Source: Paragordius varius
Taxonomy: Eukaryota > Animalia > Nematomorpha
NCBI GenBank assembly: GCA_964247055.1
Contig: OZ176052.1
Span: 3,472,001 to 3,536,000 of the forward strand
Reading direction: 5' to 3'
DNA length: 64,000 nucleotides
How positions within the stretch are numbered: the stretch's first letter is position 1; the number at the start of each line of letters is the position of its first letter. Made by a program: the position numbers and the translations under genes. Below the pieces are notes generated by a model, which was not told the DNA's origin, made no database searches, and saw nothing but the letters and a program-made list of their open reading frames with translations. Shown here piece after piece: positions 11,869-23,491 of this stretch.

Positions 11869-14065
11869 TTAAATAAAAATTTTATCAAAAAAATTAATAC
11901 ATAAAATTTTGCTAAAAAATTAAGAAAAATATTACCATTCCCCTTTAACAATATTTTAAGATTCATTTTTTACCAAAGATTTCCGACGCCCTTCCCCCAA
12001 ACTTCTTTTACTCTTTTAATGAATATGATGGGGTTAATACCATAGAACTCATGTTTTTCTATTCTTTACCAAATATTTATACCCATTTAACGAAAAAAAG
12101 TATATTTTTGATAAAATAAAGTCTACATGACTGTATCTATCTTTACAAATCCCAATTATGAAATAAAGATTTTCTCGTTAAAGAAAATTAAAAAAAATGT
12201 TTAAATTATTTTCCTTTTATATATGAATTTTATTTTGATTATCCAGCTTTTTTCGATGGCTGCATTGCGGTTAGATCGGTTATTTTGTTATTTGTTAAAA
12301 ACCTAATAGCCCTCTCTAATTTTTAATAAATTGATATATATTTATATTAGATTGCGGATAAATTCACCTAAATCTAAACCAACCAATATTAATATTATGT
12401 CATCAACCAAATCGAAATCTGATGTTTGCGTAAACACAGTGCCTGATACTACTTTATCACCTCAAAAATCAATAGGTTATACTGAAGGGTATCAGAAAAA
12501 GAATGAAGCAATCCGAAAAATCTTATTCATTAAGACACAAAAAATATAAAAATAATTCCACGTTTCATCCATACAAACATGATGCCTTAAATGATATAAC
12601 TATTATGGATAACAAATGTAAAGGTGATGACAATAATATGTTAAATTATAATAATGAGGTTCAATCAGCAGAGCCCGAATATAATAACGCAACATAAAAA
12701 ATTATAAGAAATACCAATCCCATTATATTGTACCAAATAATTCAATTTTTGCCATTGAAAAAATATCTTCTATTGCTGAAGATAGTCCATCATGCGAATT
12801 TATTAAATAAATTGCTAACATTTGATTTTTTATAATTTATTTAATAGCCCTGTCATGAATCGGTAAAATATTTTTTCTGCAATAAAGAGAAAGAATTAAT
12901 GGTCCATAGACAAAATAATTTTTCGGAGGCGTAATTTCTATAAGATGGGGCTGAAACTATGGGCAAATTTGAAAAGATTGGCTTAAATTGTCTTTATACC
13001 CAATGCACTGATTTAAATTTATCCTACTTTGTAATTTCTAAAACAATTATTATTCTAGTCTGACGGCTCATCCGAAAATACGTTTTATTATGATGGCCTA
13101 TTTAACATAGGGTAGCTCCAATGGTTAATTTAAAAAAGCTGGTTCAATTTGCCTTTCTTATTGCTTATACTTGGGCGAAAATTAAAGATCTTTATCTATA
13201 TTAACAGTTTAGCAGCCCTACCCAGCTGCCTACTTAACAAAAGGTCCGCACTATATTTTCTCATATAGAAAATCTTAAAATTCATATTGAATGGTGTGTT
13301 TAAAATAGGTTTGGTGGAGCCCTACCCAGCTATGCTGAATTTCTGCTTGGAAATAGGTGGGTAGAACTATTATGGAATCTATATGGTTTTCAAAACTTGG
13401 GAAAGTCACATGTTTCTGTATGGTCGTGTTTATTATAGAGGATGTGACCCTATCCACGAATAAAAAGTTCTGTTTAAACGGAAAATACATAAAATTATAA
13501 TTTATGTTACATAGTTCATATCTTGGACTAATTAGCTTATCTGCGGTTTATTTTGCAGAGGGTCAACCCCGACTCTACGGCTAATTTGAGGCTGAGCTAA
13601 ATGTTTGCTTTTATATTGTAAATGCATAATACAACTATTGATTTTTAATAGTCTTATAACTATGCTGAATAAATATTTTTGAGGAACTTGTTTTTTTTGC
13701 AAAAACTTTACGGGAGGGTCAGATAAATAAGGGGACAATTTAAAAAGGGTCGACAATCTTTGGCTTGTTTATCAGTGCACGTTTTCTTTGTTCCAAAAAC
13801 AAAATTTCATAGATTAGAATTTTTCGACTTTTGAATTTCTTTCAGAAAATTGTCTCACAGCCAGCTTTCTAAAATTTTATTATTCTGGAGATATGAACGA
13901 TCTTTGCATGTTAAACTTACTCTTACTTTTAGTACGATATGTAAAATTCAGACCAAAAATTTTGGTTTTAAAAATAAAAAATTATATTAAATTTTTATAC
14001 CTTCAATACATATATCTTTTTTAAGAATAAATTTTGCGGTTAAATTATCTTGATTTTTTAAAATA

Positions 14066-14590
14066 TACCGTTTGCACTTCAAGAGTGTCCTTGAATTTAA
14101 ATTGGCCCTTAAACATTTCAAGTAGGTCCTTGAACACTTCAAGTTGGTCTTTAAAATTTTTAAATATTAATTTAACCATAATTTTTGGATGTATTTTTTT
14201 ATTTTATTATTTTTTAACCTAATTTTCTTTTATTATTTAAAAATAAAAATTTTTATTCAAAAACCATTTTTTTGTTTCAAACTAAATTTTTTCCGATTTA
14301 ACAAATTTTCAATGAAATATTAAAAATAATAACAGAAAACTTAATATTTTTTAATTACATGTTAAAATCTTTAAAATATTAAAAATAATTTTAAAATATT
14401 AATAAAGATATACGGTATTTTAATGATTGAGAGTTGATATTCTAAAATTTGTGGTAAAAAATAAAAAATAGGCTAAAAACGATAAATTAGATGAATGATA
14501 TGCGATTTGATTGATAAAAGTTAAAAACAAACAAAAAAGTCAAATGACCAACTTGAAGTGTTCAAGGACACTCTTGAAGTGTAAATGGTA
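14066..14590. mobile_element. TA-flanked MITE (TACC(A/G)TTT(A/G)CA termini, ~21-bp subterminal repeats)
   Basis: taccgtttgcacttcaagagtgtccttgaa / ttcaaggacactcttgaagtgtaaatggta, TA on both sides. Absent from the paralogous site near 2310. Confidence 0.85.
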
Positions 14591-14639
14591 TATTTGGCAG
14601 CAAAAGGTTTGAGTGAGGTTTCGTTATACAAAACTCTGA

Positions 14640-15308
14640 CTAAATAATTTTTTCAATTAAATTTAAATTATGCGAAAATGATAACAACTTTCAAGCAAGA
14701 TTTTTCAGCAATTTACATAATAAAATACTATAAAAATTATATAAATGAGATCAAGAGCAAACATTATACAAAAAACAATTTTCATGTAGGTATTCCCTTC
14801 AACATGTGCAAACTTATTTTTTCGCTTAAAAACGTTTCATTATCTCGCACAATTGTCTTTTATTGCCTTTAATTAAATTATTTTAACTTATCTCTCTGTT
14901 CAAAACCTTACCTCTTATTCTTATAATTTATAATTGCTTTTATTTTAATCATATTCAATTTCAAGACCCAATTGTATTTATTTTAATCCCTCGATCATTC
15001 CATTTTTTATAATTACTTTCATTTTCATCAGATATCAATGCCTAAACTCAGCGGTGCAAATACGAAAAATTCAGGAAGATAATAAAACAAATAAAATGCG
15101 GATGAGTATGAAATCTTATTTAACGAAATATCTGACAATAACATTAACAAAAGTGTATGCGACACAAACATAACGGTACCCTTTAATAATAATAACTTAA
15201 ATACACCTGGAACCCTAGTTATTGATTCAATAAATAGAGATGAGAAAACTATAAATATTCCAAGCGCTATACCTATAGAGTTTAATGATGTCGCCTTTTA
15301 AAATATAC

Positions 15309-15342
<34 letters not shown>

Positions 15343-15897
15343 ATAGATCTAAAATTTATATGACTGTGCTGTCTTAACTATGGTGTTTAGGTTGAAATGT
15401 TTTTTTGTACTAAATTGTTTTATGGGCTTTCAAAAAGAGGAGGGGGCGCCAGTGGCGTACCGAGCATTTGCGGCGCCCGGGGCATATTTTATGGCGCCTC
15501 ACCCCCCCCCCCCCCTTTTTTTTTAAAGCCAATAAAACAATTTAGTAACAAAAAATACAAACTTTGTCACCTAAGCACCATAGATAAGACAGCACAGTCA
15601 TATACATATATATATATATATATATATATTTATATGATACTAATATACAATGGTACTAATTAGGTGAATATTTGAGTATATATTATAGGGATTATTACGT
15701 AAATTGCTGAAAAATCTCATTTGAAAGTTCTTATTATTTTTGCATAATTATAATTTAATTTTAAAAAATCATTTAGGCGCCCCTAAATAACAGCGCCCGG
15801 GGCATGATGCACCCCCTTGCTCCCCCTTCGGTACGCCCCTGGGGGGCGCCATAAAAGTTTTATGCCCCGGGCGCCGCAAATGCTCGGTACGCCACTG
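14640..15897 (+). mobile_element. Second family-A hAT copy, left end deleted, carrying a nested same-family MITE
   Basis: 14640-15300 is homologous to 85-790 and 15370-15449 to 1320-1410. Intact right TIR ...gctcggtacgccactg ends at 15897, followed by aatattaa, which is present once at the unit-1 empty site near 2380. Confidence 0.85.
15450..15841 (-). mobile_element. Family-A hAT MITE (392 bp) inserted in inverted orientation into its own family's subterminal region
   Basis: Termini cagtggcgtacc / ggtacgcccctg. Perfect 8-bp TSD gggggcgc at 15442-15449 and 15842-15849. Contains an (AT)n tract near 15600-15630. Confidence 0.92.
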
Positions 15898-16551
15898 AAT
15901 ATTAATTTTAGATATGTATCGTTTACGTTAACCTACAATTTGATTGTTATGATGTAATTAACAGTTCTTCAATAATTATAATAACACAGTGCAATAAAAA
16001 TATCCTAATGAAATATATAAATTCTGATAAGTTGCATTTTTTCAAAAAAAACTTTTTCAAGGTTATAATCTAGCTTATATTTCACCCTATTTTTGTGCGA
16101 GAACTAGCCCTAGAGTAGATTCAAGGAGCAATTAGAATATTTTTTTTCAAAGACTTGTTAGGAATGAAACCAAAGTTACTAATTTGAATACAATCTATCA
16201 GGATGTTAATATTTCACCATTATATTTTTTATACTCCAGATTTGTGCACTGTGTAATAGTTTAAAATACAGCCTATAAAATATTTACAATATAAATGCAT
16301 TTTATTGGGAATTATCATGAAATGGAATCATATGTATTGAATGAAAAAATATTTTGGTTTTGTGTTAAACTATGGAATGATATGGTAACATTGGATTAAT
16401 AGACCGATATTAATATATTTTAATTGAAATTTAAGTCTTAATTATAGATGCCTGTTCTCCGGGATTCCACTTGTTATATAATAATATAAAGATTTGGTGC
16501 ACTTTGCGTGTATGGCAAAAACGGTATAAATTTTTGTATTTATAAATAATA

Positions 16552-18150
16552 TCATCTTTTGCATTTGCAACAAGATTTACAGGTCGCTAAAAATTGGTTT
16601 CGATACGTTTTATCCAACAAAATATTAAAGTAAAATGTGAAAGATGTATAGCAGTATTCGATGATGATGCAAAGAGCGAATGTTAAATCAGTTTCATAAT
16701 CGTTCATATTATCTTTGGTGTTTCGATATATCAAAAAAATGGACACGGGAAAGAGAAATATGACAACCTCAATACCAATTACCATAATTAATCTTTTATC
16801 CTTAACCCGTTTATATAATGATTTTGTTCGCCTTAATCTAGATGACGGACGCTTTGTGTTAATTTGGTTATTGTTATTGAAACTTTGAGTTATGGTTGAA
16901 ATTGGACCACATTGCGATACGTACTCATCAGTCATATCACTGGTGGTATTTTTCTTATAATAGTTTTCATTAGGCATTGGTTGGCTGAATACACAGTTTT
17001 GATATTTGTTGGATTTTAGCTTATGGAGATTGTGAGGCTGGCAATTCGATTCATTGTTTGACTGATTAAATTGTCGTGTTTTTGGAATAGGAATAATATT
17101 AGGCATGGATCCAAAGTTAGTTATAGTAACATCATCAGCTATGTAAGAAGCATTAACAACTCCTTGTGAAATTACGTTAAAGTTATTATTCGTGTGGTTT
17201 CTTTCACTATCGACAGTTAGTTTCTGTGATTTATTTGCTTGTCGCCATTCACTCACTCTAGCCAAGTGTTTATGCATCCAACATTTAGCAACCAAAATCC
17301 CAAATACCGGTATAAAGGTGGTAAATATTTCACGCAATATTTCATAGGCCATCCAATATGCTCGGGTCCGGTCATCCGTCGTAAAACTCGTGAAACTAAT
17401 GTAATAGATGTCCCGACCATTGTATAAACACACATTTGGTATTAGGAGGGGATAAAACCAAAGAGTAGTAGGTAAATTCCATACCATTGAATACAAAAAC
17501 AAACAAAAGATATACCAAATTATCTTACGACGCATAAAGAGTCGTTTATGCCTAAAGGGATGCACGACCGCTATAAACTGTGAAATGGCAAACAATACGT
17601 AAACTAAAACGGACAATGTTATGAAAGTCCGTGCCAATGGGAAATGATACACCGACAGATATATCGTCCAGGGGCGATCAGACCAAAACATGGCTCCAAA
17701 CATTTCACTAAAATGATCTAGGAATGGATAAAGAAACATGATAGCACAATTAATCATATTGATAAGATAAAGCGAACGGGTAAAAATAACGCGGGGATAT
17801 GGTTTTTCTCGGTATGACATTAAAAGTCCCATACTATTTCCAAACAGACCCGTGATTAATACTAGAGGTGTAAATACGGTTAATAACAAATTTCCAATCC
17901 TAACATATGGGTTATGAGGTGGCCACAAATTACATGTTCCTAGACTAGATGTCTTCTCATCCAAATAATGTCCCAATTGAGTAACATAATTATTATCCAT
18001 TGAATCATTCGCAGTTAGGTTATATTTCATTTTAAAAGTGTTTAATAAGAATTTCATGAAAATTAATTTACGCTGCTGGAGATTGAAAGGGAAATAAAAT
18101 GGGCTCACTACCTCAAAAATATTGCTATTATAATAGTTGTTGTTTGTCAT
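16552..18150 (-). CDS. Intronless class A GPCR, peptide-receptor-like orphan, paralog 2 (532 aa ORF)
   Basis: About 90% amino-acid identity to 5347-6945 by eye. Intact frame with only in-frame indels (two single-codon losses in the N-terminus, a two-codon gain in ICL3). Confidence 0.92.
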   Translation of the reverse strand: MTNNNYYNSNIFEVVSPFYFPFNLQQRKLIFMKFLLNTFKMKYNLTANDSMDNNYVTQLGHYLDEKTSSLGTCNLWPPHNPYVRIGNLLLTVFTPLVLITGLFGNSMGLLMSYREKPYPRVIFTRSLYLINMINCAIMFLYPFLDHFSEMFGAMFWSDRPWTIYLSVYHFPLARTFITLSVLVYVLFAISQFIAVVHPFRHKRLFMRRKIIWYIFCLFLYSMVWNLPTTLWFYPLLIPNVCLYNGRDIYYISFTSFTTDDRTRAYWMAYEILREIFTTFIPVFGILVAKCWMHKHLARVSEWRQANKSQKLTVDSERNHTNNNFNVISQGVVNASYIADDVTITNFGSMPNIIPIPKTRQFNQSNNESNCQPHNLHKLKSNKYQNCVFSQPMPNENYYKKNTTSDMTDEYVSQCGPISTITQSFNNNNQINTKRPSSRLRRTKSLYKRVKDKRLIMVIGIEVVIFLFPVSIFLIYRNTKDNMNDYETDLTFALCIIIEYCYTSFTFYFNILLDKTYRNQFLATCKSCCKCKR

Positions 18151-19040
18151 GGGTTTTGTTAATTGTTATTTTTATCTAATGCCTCCCATTGTTCTTAAAT
18201 TATTTATGATGTGTTTAGATAAGTAAGCGATAAAATATTAAAATCAAGATTATAGGCAAATTTCAATTAAATGTATTATTTATCTTTACAAATCTCAATG
18301 ATGATATAAAGATTTTATTAATTCTATTACGTCAACTATAATAATGCTGATTATAAATAATTGATTAGTAAAAGGATTCGCAGAGGTAGTAGGGGAAACG
18401 ATAAGTCTTAAGAATCAGAGTTATGAAATATTTTGGATGATTATCCCATCGATATTAACTAAGATGTTTCTCTGTTTAATTATATTGTAGGAAGCCCTAC
18501 AATAGCATATAATATATGTCAATAATTAAATGTAATACGCATACATTATTTTTACCATTAATATATAAAAAATTTCTTAATCTTCTGTTAACCTGGTATT
18601 AACACGTCATTATTTTTTATAAAGAGATATTTATCACGGGGATTATATTTTTATTAATTTTGGAGTATTATCTGGTTATTATTATAAAATAAACACTTTG
18701 GGTTTTTATCCTAGATGTTTGATTTTGTAATTAAAACAAATGATATTGTTCAAAAGTCTAGTATACAAATGGCAAAAACCCTAATGATTTTAGAAAATAA
18801 AAATTTATTTATTAAATTTATTTTGATTATAATGACATATACAATTTCAGGAATATAAAAAACTAAATTAATTCAAAATTAGTATGTTTCATTGGTATTG
18901 TCAATGACCTTAAATATTGCAACAGCTACAAATATAAAATGGCAGAGGAAGTTTTTTCAGAAGGTTATAAAATTACATATTCTTGCAATTAAAAATAGTA
19001 AAGATTGGAGAATCCAAATGAAGTATAGAAATCAGATTAA

Positions 19041-22000
19041 CACTTCGATTCAAATTGGGGTATAAAATACCCCAGAAATTTAAGTAGATATTTTCAAAAA
19101 ACTACTGAAACGGCCCCAATTTAAATTTATGCTTCTATCTAGGGTAACCAGATGTCCCGCTTTTTCCCACTTTGTCCCGCGTCCCGCTAGGTTTTTGAAA
19201 TGTCCTGGTTTTTCATGATTATAAAAAAAATTATTTTTAAATACATTTTAAAATATTTATTTTTTTTTCATTGGTTATCTTTAAAATCTATATCATTTTT
19301 AAATTAAAATTTTTTATTTTTAAATTAAAAATAATTATTTTTTTCTAATTTATATCATATGATTATACACTTTGCTTCCACTCTTACTGACAACATTATT
19401 AAAAAGACAAATTAATACCACAAATCGGTAGCTTATACCTTTAATCCAGAAAATTAAGGTAATAAAATATTTTTTTATATTGATATTTTAGTTATGTTAC
19501 CTGTTAACATGATCGAAAACACAAATTAATACCACAAATCGGTAGATACGCTTACTCCAGAAAATTAAGGTAATATAATATGTATACTAATATTAGTTTA
19601 AAAAAATGAATAAGTTGTAAATTCAATATGAATTAATGAAATAATTTCCTTTTATCAAAAAAAACAAAGAATCATTTGTTAAATGTTCTTTATTCGAGGG
19701 GGAATTCACCCTAGCACATGACGGCAAGCATGATATTACAAAGCATATGGAAACACAGAAACATAAAAAATGTTTAGATATGGCGGCATCATCTTACAAA
19801 ACGACGATTTTTATCGAAAAACCGCTTTTTGAGAGGAAAAAAAGAATGTGGCACTATCCGAAGGTGTTTCTTTTCACGCCGTTAATCACAATCATTCCTT
19901 TAGATCTACGGATTGTACCTCACAGGTTATTCGTACCTTTATCAATAAAAAATTTACATGTGCCCGTACAAAGGCTGAAGCCATTGTATACAATTTCCTT
20001 TCGCCACATTATGCATTTTCTGAAATACAAAAAGGTTTGCTAAATAATTTCCTTTCGATATACTCTGATGCATCAAATCATAAGGAAACAAAATTATTTC
20101 CCACTTTAATAAGATTTTTTGATCCAGAAACCGGAGTAAAAATTTAAATTTTAGAGTTTATTTCTCTACCCGGTGAAAATTCCGACATAATTTTTACTTC
20201 AATAATGAATATTTTAGAAAAAAATAATTTAAAAGACAAAATCTTCGCATATTGCGCTGACACCAATACGAACTTCGGTGGATAAGCAGGGAGGGGAATA
20301 AAAAATATTTTGGCAGTGGGTGTGCATCGCATATAATACACAACACTATTCAAACAGCTGCTGATATGTTACCCCTAGATGTGGAAAATGTGGATGTTAA
20401 AATATATTCTTTTTTTATGTATACACAGTACGCGTTGAAACGCTTAAGGAATTCTGTGGCAGAAGTTCAATATCAAAAAAGCTCGAATTTCGTAAAACTC
20501 GTTGGTTAGCTCTTTTGCCGGCTATCGAAATTTTAAAAATGTATGATCCTTTAAATCCTATTTTTTATCACAGGACAAATGTCCTACAACTTTGGAAAAG
20601 TTTTTTGAAAGTGATTATTAATATGGTTAGAGTTCCTACGTAATCAGGCTCCTCTCTTTCATAATATTATTAAATTGATAGAAAGTGACAAAATTTCGGC
20701 AATCGAAGTTGCCAATGAAGTTAGTAACCTAAAATTCTAATGTCAAGAAAGGTTAGAAAATAATTTTATACCATTAACCACCGCAATATTATATATAAAA
20801 AAAAACAAGGCTTGATAAATCGTCTAGTAATTCGGTACCATATAAAATTGTTTTATACGATTTGTAAAGATTATTTGGAAGACTGGACGGTGCAATTCAA
20901 TGAAATTGATCATTTTCATTGGATAACATTAAAACCAGAATTTAATTGGTGCGATGTGCAAAAATCATTTAATTACATCTGCATCTCCTAAAAAATTCCA
21001 AACAGTAAAGTATCAGTAAATTATCTTTTTTCTGAAGTATTGTTAGTAAAAAATATATTAATAATGAACTTAAATTATGGACAAGAGAAAAAAACACAGT
21101 AGAAAAGAAATGGTTAGAAACATTTTATCATTTTGAAACAAACTATGTTCCATACAATAATATTTTAATTGTGGATTTGCACTATCTTTACTTGGAACCA
21201 ACGCTGCTGAGCGCCTTTTTTCCACAGTAAATTAGGTGTGGACATCGGAAAAATTAAATTTAAATGTTGAAACTTTAAAGACCATTTTATCTGTCAAATA
21301 TTATTTGACAAATTCTTGTGAAGACTTCTACAATATTTTAAAAAATGATGACAATCTGCTAAGCATTCACTTAAATAGAAAATATTTTCTTATATATATT
21401 AAGTTTTTGTAAAAAATAAAAAAAATTACTTAAAATATTGTATAAGTAATTTGTCAAATTATATATAAACACATAAAATGACTTAAGCAACATTTAAATT
21501 TGATTTTTCCGTGTCTACACTTGATTTACTGTGAAAAAACGCGTTCAATAGCAGTGGTTTCAGGTAAAGATAATGCATACAATTTTTGAAATATTATTGT
21601 ATGGAATATAGTTTGTTTATTTCAAACCATTTCTCTTCTACTGTTTTTTCTGTTGTCCATAATTTAAGCTTTCATTATCATTATATTTATTTAATATTGA
21701 TACTTCAGAAAAAAGTGTCATTGAATTGCACCGTCTTGTCTTCCAAATCTTTTTATATTGTAAAAAACATTCTTATATCCTGGCGATTCATTGAGCCTTG
21801 TTTTTCTGGATGATTTATAATATTGCGATTAGGTAATGGTATAAAATTATTTTCTAACCTTTTGACTTGGAATTTTAGACATTTGTGATAAAAAATAGAA
21901 TTCAAGGCGATCATACATTTTAAAATTTTTATAGCTGGCAACTAACCAACGATCCAAGCATTTTTACAACTACATTTTCCACATCCAGGGTTAACAAATC

Positions 22001-22933
22001 AGCAGCTGTTTGATTATTCGCTAAATTATTAAAAATATTTTTTTGTGCCGATCCTTGCATTTCCACCCAGCGCACATTGCGATGATTTTGTCATTTAAAT
22101 TATTTTTTCCCAGAATATTTATTCTTGAAGTAAAATTTATGTCAGAATTTTCATTAAGTAGAAAAGGAGAGTGGGAAATAATTTTGTGCATCAGAATATA
22201 GCGATATGAAATTTATTATTTGCAAATCTTTTTCTATTTCAGAAAATGCATGTGGTGAAAGGACATTGCATTCAATCGCTTCACCCTTTGTTAGTGCACA
22301 TGTAAATTTATTGAGTAAGGTACGAATAACCTGAGACCAAGGAATAAATATTTTTTTATTTATAATGCATTTGTGTTAAAAATAAATAAATATTACAATA
22401 AATTTTTTGTATGAAAGTTTTTGGTTGTACCACCCCTTTCTCAGATTTTTCCCGCTTTTTCCATCAAAAAATCTGGCTCTATTCTATCCCAATGAAAGTT
22501 AAATAAATACGCCAAAATTTCTAATAAAATTTAGTTTGCTAAAAAAAGCTCCATATTAAACTACTTCGACGCCATTTTTATTTTACAACATTTTTGCAAA
22601 ATATCGGGTTATTCTAATTTTATTTAAATCACATCTAACATTAATATAAACAGAAAAAAGTGGTTTATTTTGTATTGTATAATATTTAGCATGAGCACAC
22701 ATGTCATGTCGGCTATATTTTTACCTTAGGGTTTTACCTCTGAATAAGTAATATCAAGTATTTTTGAATGAATTTTTTTATATATTTCGGTTTATTGAGG
22801 TTATATAGGTGCAAATTTTTGCCATGGTTTCAATTCATTCCATATATTTGAATTATTTAATTATAACCAGGCCTGGAGTATCCAACTACCTCAATTTGAA
22901 TCAAAGGATTAATGAATGTGTTGTATCCAAGTG
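19041..22933 (+). mobile_element. piggyBac-like TTAA MITE split by a hAT insertion (parts 19041-19139 and 22482-22933)
   Basis: ttaa-cacttcgattcaaattgggg... and ...gtatccaagtg-ttaa. The sequence resumes collinearly after the inserted element. Confidence 0.85.
19140..22481 (+). mobile_element. Blackjack-like hAT transposon with decayed transposase and an inverted second transposase copy
   Basis: Left TIR tagggtaaccagatgtcccg, degraded right end atctggctcta, TSD (c)ttctatc on both sides. Frameshifted ORFs 19747-20147 (EGVSFHAVNHNHSFRSTDCTS...FTCARTKAEAI...SDASNHK...RFF) and further fragments to ~21370. Minus-strand homolog at ~21470-22350. Confidence 0.88.
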
Positions 22934-23246
22934 TTAAAAAATAGTATGCACATAAATGAAGTCAATTCATATAATTTTTGGCCTTAACAATACAGTATCG
23001 TAGGGATAAAAAACAACAAATGGTTGAAATATTTTTTTCCTATATAACAACATAAAATTTTATTTAATTATGGATAAAATTTGTTTAATCTGTATTACCT
23101 ATTGGCCAATAATATGAAATGACCAACATTTATGTGCATACTGTAACAAAATTATTCCAATAAACAAAACATATTATCCTCGAGGCTCTCCGATATGTTA
23201 CACCAATCTAATTCAAAACTAAAACTTTTAAAACACATTCTTTAAA

Positions 23247-23491
23247 CAGGGGTCCGCCCTTAAAAAATTGGAAATTCACAAAATTTGTTTAAAAATTAAT
23301 GGTAAAATTGAATTTCTCATGTTAATAATCTGAATAAGTTGATTCAATTGACAAATAGAAAACATTATGTTAAGTTTAAATTTTACAGTACTACTTAATA
23401 GAATATTTATAAGCGCTCTTATATATTGATTGCGGCCCACCAGTTTTTAGAGTCAAAAATGCAGCCTACGTTATTGGGTTGGACACCTGTG
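23247..23491. mobile_element. Degraded Buster-type hAT MITE
   Basis: caggggtcc... / ...gttggacacctgtg. Internal gcggccc motifs shared with the copies at 32193, 39620 and 53275. Confidence 0.65.

Larger units (their letters stand above)
7075..12133 (+). mobile_element. Composite Tc1/mariner (IS630-like) element with about 170-bp TIRs, containing nested hAT and TTAA-MITE insertions
   Basis: 7075-~7243 is an inverted repeat of ~11964-12133 (cattcatttagac.../...gtctacatgactg), flanked by TA on both sides. Absent from the paralogous site near 18278. Internal ORF 10829-11395 is Tc1/IS630 N-terminal HTH-like. Confidence 0.85.
13200..18320. repeat. Second unit of a tandem segmental duplication, homologous to 1-~12175 once insertions are removed
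   Basis: Collinear blocks: 1466-2340 vs 13228-14630, 2380-2540 vs 15898-16070, 4880-7070 vs 16070-18278, 12134-12175 vs 18278-18320. Flanks are more diverged than the GPCR CDS. Confidence 0.9.

Noticed and set aside
15397-15663. 88-aa ORF
   Set aside because: Built from MITE termini, a poly-C/T run and an (AT)n microsatellite.
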